From a virus, in the IMG/VR virus record IMGVR_UViG_3300045988_158467, positions 1-54,823 of that record: a DNA stretch of 54,823 nt; one strand, given 5' to 3'. The number at the start of each line of letters is the position of its first letter. Within the stretch, counting starts at the first letter, position 1. A program made the translations under genes and the position numbers. The notes below the pieces were generated by a model. It ran no database searches and was not told where the DNA came from. It saw nothing but the letters and a program-made list of their open reading frames with translations. Shown piece by piece: positions 53,515 to 54,823 of this stretch.

Positions 53515-54636
53515 TTACTTTTTAAATAGCATATCTTCCAAATTATCACTTGCTTTTTTATCCATTTCATCAAGTGTATGAGTATATATATTTAATGTGG
53601 TTCTTATATCTGAATGACCTAGTCTAGTTGATACTGTTTTTATATCTGTGCCAGCTGCAATTGATAGAGTAGCAGATGAATGCCTTAAATCATACATTCT
53701 AATTCTTCTTAAATCATATCTATTGCAAAATCTAGCAAATTGATGAAATAATGTATTCATTTTCCACATTTCCAATCTTGTATTTAAGCATACTAAATTA
53801 TACTGATTAAATAAAACACCATCATTTATTAGTCTATTTTGCCTTTCTTTCTCTTTTATCATTTTTTCAATTAAATAATTAGGTACAGTTATTATTCTTT
53901 TAGAATTCTCTGTTTTAGGATCTTTAAAATAAGAGTTTCCTTCAAGCTCATAAATACTTTTATTAACAAAAATAGTATTTTTTTCGAAATCAACATCATC
54001 CCAACTTAATGCCATAGCTTCACCTTTTCTAAGGCCTGCGAGTAACATTAACAATAAAGGTAATTCTAACGCTTTATTTTCTACACATTTAATAGCTTTT
54101 AATGCTTCTTCTTTGGTCCAACTGGTAGCCTTAACCTTGATGTTTTTTTTAGGAACTTTTATAAAATCTGTTATATTTTCACTTATTTCTTTAAATCTAT
54201 AAGCATCTCTTAAAACTACTCTAAGAGAAGCATAGCGAGCTTCTGCACTACTCCCCCCGTGTTCTTTATATATTTTATTTACCCATTGCTGTAATTGATA
54301 TACAGTCACATCATTTAATTTAGTATTCGTAAAAAAAGGCTCTATAGATACCTTTATGATGCTTTTTCTTTTCTTGATAGTATATGGGGATAAATTATTA
54401 GTATTATCTTCTAAAAATTTATAACATCTATCTACTAATGTTATATCTTTACTTATCACAAAGCTGTTTTTATTAATAGAACTTTTTAGATCAATAAGAT
54501 GTTTATCTGCTTCCTTTTTAGAATCATATTTGCCAACACTTTTTTGTTTTAGTTTCCCTTTTTCATCATAGTATTCAACTATAACATTATAATTGTTACC
54601 TCTCTTACGAATAAATGTGCTTTTTATATTATCCAA
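53515..54636 (-). CDS. int: tyrosine recombinase / phage integrase
   Basis: The C-terminal ...LRKGEAMALSWDD...RMYDLRHSSATL...LGHSDIRTTLNIYTH carries the R...H..R...Y catalytic signature. TTG start overlaps the XRE stop. Confidence 0.85.
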   Translation of the reverse strand: MDNIKSTFIRKRGNNYNVIVEYYDEKGKLKQKSVGKYDSKKEADKHLIDLKSSINKNSFVISKDITLVDRCYKFLEDNTNNLSPYTIKKRKSIIKVSIEPFFTNTKLNDVTVYQLQQWVNKIYKEHGGSSAEARYASLRVVLRDAYRFKEISENITDFIKVPKKNIKVKATSWTKEEALKAIKCVENKALELPLLLMLLAGLRKGEAMALSWDDVDFEKNTIFVNKSIYELEGNSYFKDPKTENSKRIITVPNYLIEKMIKEKERQNRLINDGVLFNQYNLVCLNTRLEMWKMNTLFHQFARFCNRYDLRRIRMYDLRHSSATLSIAAGTDIKTVSTRLGHSDIRTTLNIYTHTLDEMDKKASDNLEDMLFKK

Positions 54637-54823
54637 TCTTGAACACTCCTAGTTCTTCTGAAAATTCAACTTTATTCAATTCTTTATCTATAAGCCAATC
54701 ACTAAGTTCATAAGGACTTATTTTCAATTTATTTGAAATATTTATTATCTGCTTAATTGTCACATTCTTTTTTTTATGCTTGCTTTCTAATTCACTCAAA
54801 AAACTCTGAGATAAATTGCATTT
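54629..54823 (-). CDS. XRE-family HTH protein, 3' part (same gene as 1..109)
   Basis: Stop codon at 54629-54631. The frame is continuous with 1..109 after removing the duplicated 55 bp. Confidence 0.75.
   Translation of the reverse strand, partial: KCNLSQSFLSELESKHKKKNVTIKQIINISNKLKISPYELSDWLIDKELNKVEFSEELGVFKIG
54769..54823. repeat. 55-bp exact terminal redundancy with 1..55 (circular closure / assembly overlap)
   Basis: TTTTTTTATGCTTGCTTTCTAATTCACTCAAAAAACTCTGAGATAAATTGCATTT is present at both ends. Confidence 0.95.

Overview
Strongly AT-rich (Clostridium-like codon usage, AGGAGG-type RBSs) temperate tailed-phage genome. The window closes on itself. Bases 1-55 are repeated exactly at 54769-54823, and an XRE-family gene reads across that junction. 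So the window is one circular unit of 54,768 bp plus an assembly overlap (or a circularly permuted genome).

Gene order:
- int / XRE / CI-like repressor / three palindromic operators / Cro-like / Xis-like switch
- early genes: Rha, RecT, replisome organizer with internal ori-like repeats, sigma-70-family factor, VRR-NUC, ThyX-like, MazG-like, DUF1599, GIY-YIG
- a ~620-bp structured non-coding gap
- TerS, TerL, SPP1-type portal, gp7-like protein, scaffold, major capsid
- PBSX (XkdK-XkdU)-like contractile tail and baseplate
- two tail-fibre modules
- lysis genes: XhlA-like, holin, amidase-SH3
- accessory island: lipoprotein, CoiA-like nuclease, antirepressor, RHH proteins, and a three-gene membrane/ATPase operon
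- attP-like repeats next to int

Most unusual observations:
1. Three related group I introns split the ThyX-like gene, the major capsid gene and the tail tube gene. P1/P10 guide pairings and a P7 core are readable in the sequence. One intron carries an intact NUMOD-type homing endonuclease gene (HEG), one an intact PD-(D/E)xK-type HEG, and one a decayed HEG. Free-standing HNH and GIY-YIG genes are also present.
2. A moron operon has the size, order and topology of virB2/virB3/virB4 (small leader-bearing two-helix protein, small 2-TM protein, 760-aa FtsK/HerA-VirB4-like ATPase). The rest of a secretion or conjugation system is absent.
3. An orphan 91-aa protein ends in the NrdD-type glycyl-radical motif.
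4. terL and the tape-measure gene each need a +1 shift, both exactly at a rare CGR arginine codon.
5. A tRNA-like acceptor/T-arm minihelix followed by an intrinsic terminator lies upstream of the packaging genes.

All family assignments come from motifs read by eye. No database search was run.
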